A DNA stretch of 64,000 nucleotides from an uncultured Chloroflexia bacterium (GTDB lineage Bacteria; Chloroflexota; Limnocylindria; QHBO01): positions 16-64,015 of the forward strand of contig CAWJIR010000011.1 in the NCBI GenBank assembly GCA_963843015.1. The letters are read 5' to 3'. The notes beneath the pieces are model-generated. The model saw nothing but the letters and a program-made list of their open reading frames with translations. It did not search any database and was not told where the DNA came from. Positions 1 through 13,675 of this stretch are shown here, piece by piece (the first letter of the stretch is position 1; the number at the start of each line of letters is the position of its first letter). The translations under genes were made by a program, and so were the position numbers.

Positions 1-31
1 TGATCTGACAACAAATCCAAGGAGGCATCAA

Positions 32-592
32 ATGAGACTCATCCGATTCCTGCCCCTCTTCTTCGTCTTGCTGATTTCCGCGTGCGCCACTACCGAGGAG
101 CAAAAGCCGGCCGCGCCGGCGGCGCAGTCCTCGGGCACAGCGCCCGCGACTGTGCCCGGGCACCCGTCCCGTCGACCGGCCGGCCGTGGCCGGCACGCCC
201 ACCACCCCAACCAGGCCAAGCGCTTCGGCCCCAGGCAGGATCGGCGCGCCTTCGAAGAACAGCGTCTATTTTGACTACGACCAGTACGACATCAAGCCGG
301 AGTTCAGAAGCGTCGTCGAGGACAATGCGAAATACCTGCGCGAGAACGCCAAGACGTTGAAGGCGCACATCGAGGGTAATGCCGACGAGCGCGGCGCCAG
401 GGAATACAACATCGCCCTGGGGCAGAGGCGCGCCGAGGCCGTCATGAAGGCGCTGAGCCTGCTGGGCGTGCCGGCAAGCCGCATGGAAGCGATCAGCTAC
501 GGCGAGGAGAAACCGCGGCGCACCGGCCACGACGAAGCGTCGTGGGCCGAGAACCGGCGTGGTGACTTGGTGTTGCCGAAGCTGGCAAGTAG
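32..592 (+). CDS. pal: peptidoglycan-associated lipoprotein Pal (OmpA-like domain), apparently frameshifted
   Basis: AGGAGG lies 7 nt upstream of ATG-32. Lipobox LLISAC is present. Pal/OmpA motifs: SVYFDYDQYDIK, NADERGAREYNIALGQRRAEAV, GHDEASWAENRR. The N-terminus is in ORF 32..274 and the rest in ORF 186..947, with a frame switch at ~150-190. The 3' end is uncertain (575-592). Confidence 0.8.
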
Positions 593-664
593 AACGCCGG
601 AGGCAACGGCGGCCTTCGTCCCCCGCTCGTTCTGGGAGCTGGGCGCGCGTGAGTCAAGGCGTGA

Positions 665-1406
665 TCGTCAGGAGCCAGGCGTGAAGCTGATGAGCTCCTC
701 GCGGCTCTCGCCGCCTGAGACCTGGATCGACGAGGACCGGTCCGACGCCCTCGGCGTAGAACTTGTGCTCCACCACGTCGGGGTCGAGGGGCGTGGAATC
801 CTCCGTCTGGAGGCACCCGTCGAAGGCGCCGAATGGCACGTCCACCGACTCGTCGAGGCTGAGGACCTCCGCTTCGTCCTCGGCCTCGCCGGCGTAATAC
901 TCCTGTCGGTAGGCCATGCCCGACCTGCGGATCGGCAGGCAGGATGATCCCCGGCTGGGCGCCGTCGACGCCGGCCTCCCATGAGCCGGCGGTGCTCACC
1001 ACCTCGCCGTTCTCGTACTCCTTCGTGTCCTCGCCCAGGTACCAGAGGTTGCCGGCCGTGTCCTGCGCGTACCAGTCGAGCGTGTCCTCGATGACCTCGC
1101 CGTCCATGCTCACCACGTCATGGACCACGGTCGCCGTGATGCCGAGGATGTCCTGCGTCTCATCGGTCACCGTGACCTCGACCTGGAGCTCGTTGCCATC
1201 GGCATCGGTCTCGCTGTAGACCCAGACGCTGCCCGGGGTCATGGGCCAGAACGGATGGTCGATGACCGTCGACAAAGTCGGCCGGGTCAAGGGTGACGGG
1301 CTCGCTGCCCTGCGGGAGCTCGTCCGGGCTACCTGTCGGCGACGGCTGGGGTGCACGCGGCGATCGCCAGCACCAGGGCTGGGAGCGCGCGCACGGCTCT
1401 CACCAT
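665..1406 (-). CDS. hypothetical lipoprotein (frameshifted)
   Basis: Reading the minus strand from ATG-1406 gives MVRAVRALPALVLAIAAC (lipobox). It continues in ORF 493..1356 (DHPFWPMTPGSVWVYSETDADGNEL...WYLGEDTKEYENGEVV), then ORF 654..917, then the tail of ORF 668..982 (SGGESREELISFTPGS*). Confidence 0.55.
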
Positions 1407-1493
1407 CTTTCGCCTCGGCGCTCGATTCCGCCGACCACGATATCGCAGGCGTGCGGCGGGCGGTCGCGCGGGCGTCCTAGAGAGGCGTGATCG

Positions 1494-2198
1494 TCATCGA
1501 TCTCGAAGACTTCGCGTGGCGTGCTCCAGGAAGTGGTCATAGTCCTCGACTTCCGACCGTGCCTCGGCCACGAGGATGACCGTCGCGCTGCCCCCGTCGA
1601 CGGCAATGATCCGGGCCAACTCCATGTCCTCGAAGTCAAAGGGACCCACGGGCGGCATGGGCCAGACCGAAATCTGGTCATCACCGGTCGCCGCGCAATC
1701 CGGGTCGATGGACGTGGTCAGGTCCACCTGGAGCGCGGGCCTGCCGCCGACCTCGACCTCGATCGGGGCACTGGCGGTGACCCCGGTGCGGTCGGCCAGC
1801 ATCGCCATGAACTCGGCCGGGGTGGTCCCGGTGGTGCTGATGCCGGCATCCGGGTCGCAGGCGTCGGTGAAGTACTCACCGCCGAACGCGAGGGCGCTGA
1901 TGGCCGCATCGTCCACATCGGCCAGGAGCAGGCCAAAGCCGACGCCGGGCGTGTCCGGGAGGCCGGACCAGCCGTGCTCGTCCAGGGTGAACTCGATGCG
2001 GGCCCCAGTCGTCTCCGAAACGTACTCGCCGGCAGACAGCGGGCCGTTGCACACGACACCCGGGTCGCAGAGTGCGGCGGCTGACTCGGAGGGCGCCGGG
2101 GCCGATGGCTCGGCCGGGGAGGCAGAGGGGGATGACGACGGTGAAGCCGATGCGGACGGGGAGCACGCGGCGAGCGCCAGGACGACGATCGCCAGCAC
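1494..2198 (-). CDS. hypothetical lipoprotein
   Basis: Intact 234-aa ORF. It has signal/lipobox VLALAAC followed by a Ser/Pro-rich linker. No recognisable catalytic motif. Confidence 0.55.
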   Translation of the reverse strand: MLAIVVLALAACSPSASASPSSSPSASPAEPSAPAPSESAAALCDPGVVCNGPLSAGEYVSETTGARIEFTLDEHGWSGLPDTPGVGFGLLLADVDDAAISALAFGGEYFTDACDPDAGISTTGTTPAEFMAMLADRTGVTASAPIEVEVGGRPALQVDLTTSIDPDCAATGDDQISVWPMPPVGPFDFEDMELARIIAVDGGSATVILVAEARSEVEDYDHFLEHATRSLRDR

Positions 2199-2249
2199 CG
2201 CGACCCGCCGGCCACGCGTGCGCCGGCGCGACCGTCAGCGGTCTGGTGC

Positions 2250-2681
2250 TCAACGATCCATGGAGCTGAAACAGGCGCGGGCGAAGTCGACGAGGGCGGA
2301 GACCTCGTGTCGATCCTGCTCGCTGGACTCGGCGGCGAGCTCGATCCGGGGCTCCTCCGCGATGAGCCGCCAAACCGACCGGGCGGTCTTCGAGTTGTCG
2401 TCCCACTGTGCATCGCTCTGGAGCCGCATGCCCCGGAGGGACGGCCAGCGGTACAACGTGCCGCGCAGGTCGTAGGTGGACGAGCTGGGCGCGGTGGGGC
2501 CGAAGTTGTAGTCCAGGAGGCCGATGTCGGTCGCGATCAGGATGCGCTGCCGCTCGCCGTCGGCGTGGAAGGAAACGTGCGCCGCGAGCTCAACCGCCCC
2601 CAGCTCGCCCAGCTCCCGCTGGACGAGGAGCCGCGAGCGGCCGATATGCTCCCATTCGCCGATGCGCACGGGCCGGAGCAT
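2250..2681 (-). CDS. hypothetical protein
   Basis: Intact 143-aa ORF with plausible non-repetitive composition, divergent from gatB. No family recognised. Confidence 0.4.
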   Translation of the reverse strand: MLRPVRIGEWEHIGRSRLLVQRELGELGAVELAAHVSFHADGERQRILIATDIGLLDYNFGPTAPSSSTYDLRGTLYRWPSLRGMRLQSDAQWDDNSKTARSVWRLIAEEPRIELAAESSEQDRHEVSALVDFARACFSSMDR

Positions 2682-2686
2682 ACAAT
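2681..2686 (+). promoter_or_regulatory. -10 hexamer TACAAT, 6 nt upstream of the gatB GTG (leaderless-type promoter)
   Basis: An A/T-rich TANNNT hexamer in 70% GC DNA lies immediately before start codon 2693, with no SD. Confidence 0.55.
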
Positions 2687-2692
2687 CCGGCC

Positions 2693-4169
<1,477 letters not shown>

Positions 4170-4180
4170 CCACGACACCG

Positions 4181-4973
4181 ATGGCTGACGCCGAGGCGCT
4201 GCGGGCCTTCGCCAGCGACCTCGCCGATGCGGCCGATGCCATCACCATGCCGGCCTTCCTGGCCGGCGTCCGAATCCACGGCGAAGGCCGACGGGACGCC
4301 GGTCACCGAGGCCGATACCGCGGTCGAGGCGCTGATCCGGACCCGGATCGGGGAGCAGTTCCCGACCCACAGCATGCTGGGGGAAGAGTTCGGGGAGCAG
4401 CCGGGCCCTGGCGGAGCGGACGGCACGCGCTGGGTCGTGGACCCGATAGACGGGACCGTGAACTTCGCCCGAGGCATCCAGGTCTGGGCCACGCTCATCG
4501 CCGTGGAGCGGGACGGGGAGCTGCTCGCGGCCGTCGTCTCCGCGCCGGCCCTTGGCCAGCGCTGGTCCGCCGCCCAGGGACGGGGGGCGAGCACGGTGCG
4601 CGGTGGGACCGAGCGCCCCATGCACGTGTCGGCCGTCGACCGGCTGGAGGATGCCCACCTCGTCCACGCCGGCCTGGCCAACCTCGAGGCCGACGGCCGC
4701 GGAGCGGGGGTGGCGACCGCGCTGCGGCGCTCGGCGCGGGACCGGGGGATCGGCGACTTCTGGGGCTACATGCTCGTGGCGCAGGGCTCGGCGGATGCGA
4801 TGTTCGAGGTCGGGGTCAAGCCCTGGGACCTCGCCGCGCCCGCGCTCATCGTGGCCGAGGCCGGCGGTCGCTTCACCGACCTCGAGGGATCACCCGTCCG
4901 AACGGGTCCATCGGCCCTGGCGACCAATGGTCGCCTGCACGAGGAGCTCCTCGCGATCCTCGCCCAGGCGTAG
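4181..4973 (+). CDS. inositol monophosphatase family protein (possibly histidinol-phosphatase HisN type)
   Basis: IMPase motifs ADGTPVTEADTAVE and WVVDPIDGTVNFARG, plus WDLAAPALIVAEAGG. The N-terminus MADAEALRAF is in the gatB-ORF frame, with a frame switch at ~4270. Confidence 0.85.
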
Positions 4974-4982
4974 GCGTTTGGC

Positions 4983-6969
4983 CTACGCCATCCCCCGCAG
5001 GCGGAGCCACGCGTCGGGCGTTGGGTCGCGGCCCAGGAAGGCGCGGACGAGCTCGGCTGCCGGGCGCGTGCCGTTGGGCTCGAGGATCTCGCGGCGATAC
5101 GCCGCGCCGACGTCCGGGGAGGTGACGCCCTCGCGCTCGAACCGGCCGAACAGGTCGTCCCCGATGACCTCGGCCCACAGGTAGCCGTAGTAGCCCGCGT
5201 CGTAGCCGCCCATCGGGTGGCCGAAGCCCGACAGGAGGAACGTGCCCTCCGGGTACGGCATCCCGGTGTGGGCAAAGTGCAGTCGGAGCGCCTCGTCGAG
5301 GTCCGGCTCGGCACTCCCCGCGTGGATGCCCAGGTCGATCTGCCCGTAGAAGACCTGGAACATCGTCTTCAGGCCGATGTTCACGTACCGCGCCGCGACC
5401 ATCTGCTCCAGCAGCTCGGCGGGAATCGGTTCCCCGGTCCGGTAATGCCGCGCGAACCGTCTCAGGACCTCGGGCGCGAAGGTCCAGTGCTCCATGATCT
5501 GGGACGGGGCCTCCACGAAGTCGATCTCCGTCTCGCTGCCGCTCGTCCGCGCGTACTCGGCCCGGGTCAGCGACATGTGGAGGATGTGGCCGAACTCGTG
5601 GAACAGCGTCTCCAGCTCGTTGTGCTGGATGAGGGCAGGTCGGTCGCCCGGAGGGCGGCGTGAAGTTGGCGAGGATCGCGCTCACCGGCCGTTCGTAGGT
5701 GCCGTCCTGGCGCCGGTGACCGACCACCAGCGGGAATGCGGCCGCGTGCCCGAACTTGCCCTCTCGCGGGAACCAGTCGGCGTAGAACGAGCCGATCACG
5801 CTCGCCCGACTCACGGTCCACCATCTCGTAGAGCTCCACCGACGGGTGCCACGCCTGGGCATCGGCGACTCGACGGTATTCGAGACCGAACACCTCGGCG
5901 GTGAGGGCGAACATGCCGCTGATGCACGCCTCCAGGGGGAGGTACTCGGCCACGAGGTTTGCGTCCACCCCGTACTCGCGCGCGACGCAGCTGCTCGTCG
6001 TAGTAGGCCCAGTCCCATGCCGCGAGCGGCCCGTCATGCCCGTCGGCGTGGAAGCGGGCGGTGAGGACGGCCAGCTCGCGATCGCGGAACGCATCGAGGC
6101 GCGGCACGAGCTCGTCGTAGAACTCCGCCACGGCCTCCGGCGTCTCGGCCATCTTGACCTCGATGGCGTAGTGGGCCCAGGTGGCGTGGCCGAGCAGCGC
6201 GGCGGCCTGCTGCCGCAGACGGAGGGCCTCGGCCAGGAGCGGGCGGTTCTGCTCCTCGGCCCGTGACCAGTGCTTGCGGAACAGCGCCTCGCGCGCCGCG
6301 CGGTTCGCGGCCTGGGCGAGGAACGGGTACACCTCGGGGTAGTCGAGGCTCACCCGCAGGGTCTCCGGGGCACTCCCCGGGGAGAGCCGCTCGATGAAGT
6401 CGTCGGGCAATCCGTCCAGCTCGTCGCGCGTGACGTCGATGCCGTCGACGAACTCGTTGATGTTGCGGTTGAACGCGATCTCGAGCTCCACCACCCGCGC
6501 CCGGATCCGCTCCAGCTCGGCCCGGGCCTCTGGCTCCAGGGCGTGGCCGGCGCGGCGGAAGTCGCGCATCCACAGGAACACGACGCGGGACTGCTCCGGC
6601 GTCAGGCGCATCGGCCGCGGGCCCCTCGGCCACCGCGCGAACGGCGTCATAGACGTCCTGGCGGAACGGAAGCGCGGCTCGCCACTTCGTGATCCGCTCC
6701 TCGGCGGCGGATCCCGCGTCGCGCACCGCCTCATCGGTGTGGGCCTGGCCCAGGAACGCGCCCCGACCGTAGGTCTCGGTCAGCCGGGCGCCGGCCAGCT
6801 CCAGCGGCCGCACGCGGGCCTCGAACGAAACCTCGTCTGCCGCCACGGCCTGGGCGACCAGGGCATCGGCATCGGCCAGTCCGGCATCGGTCTCCTGGCG
6901 GACCGATTCCTCGGTGACGGCGGTGTAGTCGTAGCCCACGCCGGGATGGTACCCGGCGAGATCGGGCAT
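4983..6969 (-). CDS. M3 family zinc metallopeptidase (oligopeptidase / peptidyl-dipeptidase type), multiple frameshifts
   Basis: The HEXXH site reads TLFHEFGHILH on the reverse strand at ~5575-5607. Fragments are ORFs 6034..6969 (N-terminus), 5811..6734, 5567..6094, 4873..6018 and 4983..5576 (C-terminus, GHPMGGYDAGYYGYLWAEV). Confidence 0.9.
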
Positions 6970-6975
6970 CGGCGA

Positions 6976-9741
6976 TCAGGCTTCGGCGGCGGAGGCCTCG
7001 CAGGCGCCCGGTGGTGGCCAGGGTCGTGGCCCGGATGGCGTCCATCGGTCGGGCCAGGAGGAAGCCCTGGCCATAGGTGCAGCCCAGCTCGCGGAGCCGG
7101 TCGAGCTGCTCCTGGCGCTCGATGCCCTCGCCGACCGTCTCCATCCCCATCGACGTCGCGAGCTGGATGACCGATCGGACGAGCGCGGTCTCCTCGTCCG
7201 GGCCGCCGAGCCGGGACGTGAACGAGCGGTCGATCTTCAGGGTCTCGATCGGGAAGCGCGACAGGTAGCTGAGCGAGGAGTAGCCGGTGCCGAAGTCGTC
7301 GAGGCCGAGGTGGATGCCGAGCCCGCGCAGCTCCTGGAGGCGACCTTCGTCGTCCTGCATGATGCTCGACTCGGTGAGCTCGAGGGTGAGGGCGTCGGGC
7401 TCGAGGCCGGTTTCGGCCAGGACGGCGGCCACCATGGCCACGATGTCCGGATCGCGGAGCTGGCGGGCGGCAAGGTTCACGCTGACCTTGACCCCGTCGC
7501 CACCGGCCACGCGCCACGCCTGGGCCTGGCGGCAGGCCTGGACGAGCACCCAGCGACCGATGGGCACGATCAGGCCCGTCTCCTCGGCGAGCGGGATGAA
7601 CTCGTTGGGGCCGACCTCGCCCCGGTCGGGGTGGCGCCAGCGGACGAGGGTCTCGAATCCGTCGAGGGCGCCGTCGGAGAGGTAGAAGATCGGCTGGTAC
7701 CGCACCCGGAGCTCGCCGCGGTCGAGGGCGCGCTCGAGGTCGGCCTTGAGCTCGAGCCGCGTGACGGCGGCGGTATGCATGCTGGCTTCGAAGATCTCCA
7801 GCCGGCCCTTGCCCCGGCTCTTGGCGGTGTACATCGCCACGTCGGCGTTGCGGAGCAGGACCTCCGCCTCGCGGTTGTCCGCGCTGCTCATGGCCGCGCC
7901 GACGCTGGCGCCGATGTGGACCTGCTTGCCGGCGATCTCGAACGGTGCCCGCAGCGCGCCCAGGAGCCGGCTGCCGACCTGCTCGACCATGTCGACGTCC
8001 GCGTCCTCGACGAGAATCGCGAACTCGTCGCCGCCCAGCCGCGCGACGGTGTCCTCCAGGCGCAGGTTGCCCTTCAGGCGCTGCGACACGGCCTGGAGCA
8101 GCTCGTCGCCGGCGGCGTGGCCCAGGCTGTCGTTGATCGTCTTGAAGTCGTCGAGGTCCATGAACAGGACGCCGGTGGTGTCCGGCTTGTCCCGCCGCGA
8201 GAGGGCGTGGCCCACGCGGTCCACGAACAGCGCCCGGTTGGCCAGGGTGGTCAGCGGATCGTGCAGGGCCTCGTGCTTGAGCTGCTCCTCGAGGGCGCGG
8301 CGCTCGGTGACGTCGCGGCAGTTGATCACGATGCCGGCCACCGCCGGGTCGTCGAGCAGGTTCTTGGCGGTGGCCTCCAGGATCCGCCACGAGCCGTCGG
8401 CGTGTCGGGTCCGCAGCTCGAGGTTGCGCTCCGCGCCGGGAAGGGCGGCGAGCTCGGTGAGGGCGGTGCGGAAGTACTCCGCATCGTGCGGGTGGGCGAG
8501 GACGCCGACCGGGTGTCCGAGGCGCGAGCTCGGGGAGTGGCCCAGCACCCGCTCCACGGACGGGCTCTGGTAGGCGATCCGTCCATCGCGGCCCACGATC
8601 ATGACCACGTCGGTCGAGTTCGTGACGAGGGTCCGGAAGCGCCGCTCGCTCGACTCCAGCTCCCCGTGGAGCACCCGCTCCCGGTTCGCGGCGGAGGTGG
8701 CGAGGCCCACGATCCGGTCGCGCTCGCGGAGGAGGATCGTCTGGCGCAGCACGCAGAGGATCAGCACGGCTGCGACCGATCCCGCCACCGCCGCGCTCAC
8801 CTCGCGCTGGATCTGGTCGCGCAGGAGCTCCCCGAGCACCCAGAGCAACGGCGAGAGGGCGGCGGCCAGCAGCGGCAGCGCCTCGCGGACCTGGAGCGCG
8901 CGGCGTCGATAGGTCGCGCTCGGGTCCGGCGGCCGGGTCCAGGTCGCGCCGCCGAAGGCGGTCACGATCAGGCCGCACGGACGCGGCCGCGATGCCCGGC
9001 GCTCCAGCCGTCGGCCGACGGCGTCGCCGAGCCACGCAGGCCAGGCCCGAGGCCCACGATGAGGAGGCCCGACGACGGCGGCGATCCAGCCGCCGAGGCT
9101 GCGGACGGGCGCGAGGGCGAGGTTCAGGACGGCGGTCGCCCCGATCATGCCGAAGAACAACGCCGCGAAGAGGAGGCCGTAGACCGCCTGCGGGCCGTCG
9201 AGGACCGATCCACCGAGCGCGAGCAGGGCGCCTCGCGGCCACGGCGGCGAACACGATCGCGGAGTCGAGGTAGACCGCCGAGGCCTCGATCCCGGTCAGC
9301 CGGCCACGGACGGCTGCGCGCCAGCATGGGTGCGCAGGCGACGGCAAAGACGAGGACCAGCGGGAAACGGATCGAGCGAGCCGATCTGGGCGCCGGTGAT
9401 CTGCTTCAACGAGGGCGAGGAACTGGATGATGAGCCAGAGGGCGACGACCGGCATGAGCGCGTCGCGGAACGGGAGATCGTCGGGCAGCCGCGTTCCGCC
9501 GCCCCTCGAGAACGATGAGCATGACCAGGCCGGCGGCCAGCGTCATGGCGGCCTGGTTCCACCACGAGATCGCCGCCCCCGCTCCCAGCGCGCCGGCGAC
9601 GGCGAACATGATCACCAGGCCCATGGACAGCGCGGCGCGGCGGTTCACGTTGCTCGGGCGCGGCGCCGCCACGGCGGGTGCCTCCTGGGCAGGTGCCGCC
9701 GCCGCCCGGTCAGGTCGCAGCACCCCCGGTCGCGCGGTCAT
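6976..9741 (-). CDS. membrane-anchored PAS-GGDEF-EAL c-di-GMP signalling protein (frameshifted)
   Basis: ORF 6731..9160 carries PAS (VVMIVGRDGRIAYQSP), RLGGDEF, ETLVRW and DDFGTGYSSLSYL. The N-terminal multi-TM region is in fragments up to ORF 9406..9741. The likely true stop is TGA (complement 6976-6978) after a late frame switch. Confidence 0.88.
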
Positions 9742-9924
9742 GAGGAGTTCGAGGCTACGGACGACTACGCGCCGGGGCCATCACCCGTTAGGACCATCGG
9801 GTCACCCCGCGCGATGATGCGTTCTCGCGGGCCGCGCGCCCGGGCGGGTCGGTACTAGGACTAGGAACCACCGACTTCGGTCGGCCGGGCCCCGTGGGCT
9901 CCGTCGATCTGCCAACATCGAGGC

Positions 9925-12900
9925 GTGACCCTGCGCCCCGAAAATCCCGGCACCGGCGACTTCGTGCATCTCCACGTCCACTCCGAGTTCAGCCTCCTGG
10001 ACGGGATGTCGCGCCTGTCGGAGCTCACGACCCGGGCCGCCGAGCTCGGGATGCCGGCGGTGGGCCTGACCGATCACGGGGCGCTGTACGGCGCGGTCGC
10101 CTTCTACCGGGCGGCCGTGAACGCCGGGGTCAAGCCGATCATCGGGGTGGAGACCTACGTGGCCCCGCGGGGCCACACGGAGCGTGACCCGCGGCTCGAC
10201 GCCAACCCGCATCACCTCATCCTGCTGGCGCGCAACGCGGAGGGGTATCGGAACCTGCTCGCGCTCGTCACCAAGGCGCATCTCGACGGCTACTACTACA
10301 AGCCGCGGATCGACAAGGAGCTGCTGGCGCAGCACGCCGCGGGGCTGATCGGGACATCGGCCTGCCTCGGCGGGGAGGTCCTCAAGCGCCTGGGTGAGGG
10401 GGATGAACGCGGTGCGCGCCAGGCGGCCGACGACTATCGGTCCATCCTGGGCGATGGGAACTTCTTCATCGAGGTCCAGGACCACGGGCTGACCGAGCAG
10501 CGGATCCTCCATCCGAAGCTGGTCGACCTCGCACGCGACCTCAACCTCCCGCTGCTGGCGACCAACGACACCCATTACACCCTGCCCGAGCAGGCGGAGG
10601 CGCACGACCTGCTGCTGTGCATCCAGACCGGGTCGAACCTCGAGACGCCGAACCGGCTGAAGTTCGACACGACCGAATTCGCGATCAAGCCGGCCGACGA
10701 GATGCGGCGCCTGTTCAACGGGGAGCTGCCGGAGGCGATGGACAACACGCTGCGCGTGGCGGAGATGGTCGACCTCCAGCTCGAGTTCGATCGCCTCCGC
10801 CTGCCGGACTTCCCGGTCCCCGAGGGCGACACCGCCGCCACCTGGCTCCGGCGCGAGTGCGAACGCGGCCTTGCCGAGCGCTACGGGGACGTGACCCCGG
10901 ACATCCGGGCCCGGCTCGACTACGAGCTGGGAATCATCGACCGGATGCAGTACTCGGCCTACTTCCTGATCGTGGCCGACTTCACCCGCTTCGCCCGTGA
11001 GCAGGGAATCTTCACCACCTGCCGGGGATCGGCGCCGGGGAGCATCGTGACCTACTCGCTGGGCATCACGCCGGTGGATCCGCTCGCCTACGGACTGCCG
11101 TTCGAGCGCTTCCTGAACCCCGACCGGGTGACGATGCCGGACATCGACATCGACTTCCAGGACAGCCGCCGCGGCGAGGTCATCGACTACGTCACGCGCA
11201 AGTACGGCGCCGACCGGGTGGCCCAGATCATCACCTTCGGGACGCTGGGCGCGAAGGCCGCCATCCGGGACACGGGCCGGGCGATGGGCCTGACCTACGC
11301 CGAGGCGGACCGGGTGGCGAAGGCGGTGCCCAACGAGCTGAACATCAGCCTGGAGCGGGCGATCGAGACCAGCCCCCAGCTCCGCGAGCAGATGGCCGCC
11401 GACGAGCGGGTGGACAAGCTCATCGGTGCCGCCCGCCAGCTGGAGGGGATCGCCCGCCACGCCTCGACCCACGCCGCGGGGATCGTGATCAGCCGCGACC
11501 CGCTGACCGACATCATGCCGCTCCAGCGCGCGACCGACGGCGAGACGACGATGACCCAGTTCGAGATGCACGCCTGCGAGGCGCTCGGCCTGCTGAAGTT
11601 CGACTTCCTGGGCCTCATCAACCTCACCATCCTGGCCGATGCGGTCGAGCTGATCGGGCGCCACCGGGGGATCGAGATCGACGTCGACAACCTCCCGCTC
11701 GACGACGCGAAGACCTTCGAGCTGCTCTCGACCGGGGAGACGACCGGCATCTTCCAGCTCGAGGGCTCGGGCATGCGCCGCTACGTGAAGGACCTGCGGC
11801 CGACCGAGGTCCGCGACCTCGCCGCCATGGTCGCGCTCTTCCGCCCGGGGCCGATGGCGAACATCCCGGCCTACATCCGCCGCAAGCATGGCGACGAGGC
11901 GGTCACCTACCTCCACCCCTCGCTCGAGCCGGCGCTCCGGGAGACGTACGGGATCTTCGTCTACCAGGAGGACATCATGACCGCGGCCATCGCGATGGCC
12001 GACTACACCGGCCCGGAGGCCGACAACCTGTGCTACGCGATCCGGAAGAAGAACGCCCAGGTCCTCCGCGAGCACGAGGCGAAGTTCAAGGCCGGGGCCA
12101 AGAAGAAGGGCATTGCGCCAGGTGTCGTCGACCAGGTCTTCGCGGCCTTCGAGCCGTTCGCCCGCTACGGGTTCAACAAGGCCCACGCCACCTGCTACGG
12201 GCTGATCGCGTACCAGACCGCGTACCTCAAGGCGAACTACCCGGTCGAGTTCATGACCGCGGTGTTCAACGGCTTCCGCGAGCGGGCCGAGAAGGTGGCC
12301 GCCGTCGTGGCCGAGTGCCGGCGGCTGGGGATCGAGGTCCGCCCGCCGGACGTCCAGCGCTCCCACGCCCTGTTCGAGGTGGAGGTTGACGACGACGGGA
12401 CCCGCGCCATTCGCTTCGGCATGGCGGCCGTCAAGAACGTCGGCGAAGGGGCGGTGGAGAGCATCGTCGCAGCCCGCGAGGCGGCCGACGGAGGGGGACC
12501 GTTCACCTCGCTCGACGACCTGTGCCGGCGGGTGGACCAGCAGCGGGTCAACAAGCGCGTGTTCGAGTCGCTCATCAAGGTCAACGCCCTGGCCAGCCTG
12601 GGACCGATGACGACGCTGCTCGATCGATTGGACTCCGCGCTCGACGCCGCGGCCCGGCACCATCGCGACGTGGCCGCCGGCCAGTCCACGATGTTCGACA
12701 ACTCTTCGCCGTGCCGATGGCGATGGGGGAGGCGGGCGACGGCGATGAGGCTTCCGATGGCGCGCGCGGCGAGATCTCGCGCCGGGAGCGGCTGCGCTGG
12801 GAGAAGGAGCTGCTCGGGCTGTACCTCACCGAGCACCCGCTGGGAGACATCGCCGACCAGCTGCCGGCCTACGTGACCGCCTACACCGGTGACCTGGCCG

Positions 12901-13659
12901 AGGAGTCGGACCAGTCGCGGGTCACGCTGGGCGGGATCATCCAGGGCACGCGCCGCGTGATCACGCGCGCCGGCTCCACCATGCTCGTGGTCCAGCTCGA
13001 GGACCTGCAGGGAAGCGTCGAGGTCGTGGTCTTCCCCAAGGTCTTCGCCGACACCGCCCCGGCGTGGGTCGAGGACGCGGTCGTCCTGGTCAGCGGCCGC
13101 GTCGATCATCGAGACGAGGAGGCGAAGCTCCTGTGCGACAGCGTCATCGCCTGGGACGACGCCCAGCGCCTTGGCCCAGCCGGCTTCGGGGCTGAACGGG
13201 ACCGGCTGTCCCGCGGCCGCTCCGGACGTCCCGTTGCAGTCGCCGCCTCTCTGCCCGCTGCCGACCTGCCCGCCGACATGCCGATCGTCCGGCCGCGCGG
13301 CGCCGAGCCGGCCGTGGCCCCGGCCGAGGAGTCGCCTGCCGCCGGCGGGGGCGCTCCCCATCTCCGCAGCCGCCGAAGGCGCGGCTGGCTCGCTGTGGAT
13401 CTCCTTCGCGCCCGACCTGCCGGCGGACGCGCTGCTGGATGCGATCGAGTCGGTGACGACCATCGTCCGGCAGCGCCCCGGTGCCCTGCCGGTCGTCCTG
13501 GCCGTCCCGGTAGCAGGCGCTACGCGCCAGGTCCGCCTGCCCCAGGCCACCGGCTGGGACGAGGCCATCGAGGCCGTCCTCCGTCGCGAGGTGACCGAGG
13601 CACTGAGCGTGGAACGTCGGCCGGAAACCGACGTGCCATCGGTATCATCCGGAGCGTGA
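9925..13659 (+). CDS. dnaE: DNA polymerase III alpha subunit
   Basis: PHP domain FVHLHVHSEFSLLDG. It is continuous to ~12700, then continues in ORF 12522..13679 (RLRWEKELLGLYLTEHPL, OB-fold region) and ORF 13171..13659. Confidence 0.95.
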
Positions 13660-13661
13660 CG
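13637..13661 (+). repeat. 25-nt repeat copy 1 (CATCGGTATCATCCGGAGCGTGACG): gene end plus -10 box
   Basis: Identical except for 1 nt to 14917..14941. It contains TATCAT (13643-13648) and the dnaE stop codon. Confidence 0.85.
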
Positions 13662-13675
13662 GCGGCCCATTCGCC

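Noticed and set aside
9742-9924. A tandem ACTAGG-ACTAGG and a CCGAC-TTCG-GTCGG hairpin upstream of dnaE, possibly a regulatory element or SOS box
   Set aside because: There is no GAAC-N4-GTTC core. The hairpin is only 5 bp, and the tandem hexamer occurs once. The evidence is insufficient.
9802-12663. Very long antisense ORFs (953 aa opposite dnaE). Similar ones are 38773..41409 opposite uvrB, 35703..37550 opposite polA, 49798..51516 opposite uvrC, 3203..4681 opposite gatB and 6780..9455.
   Set aside because: Their Arg/Gly/Pro/Ala-rich composition is typical of stop-poor non-coding frames in high-GC DNA. The opposite strand carries unambiguous conserved genes.
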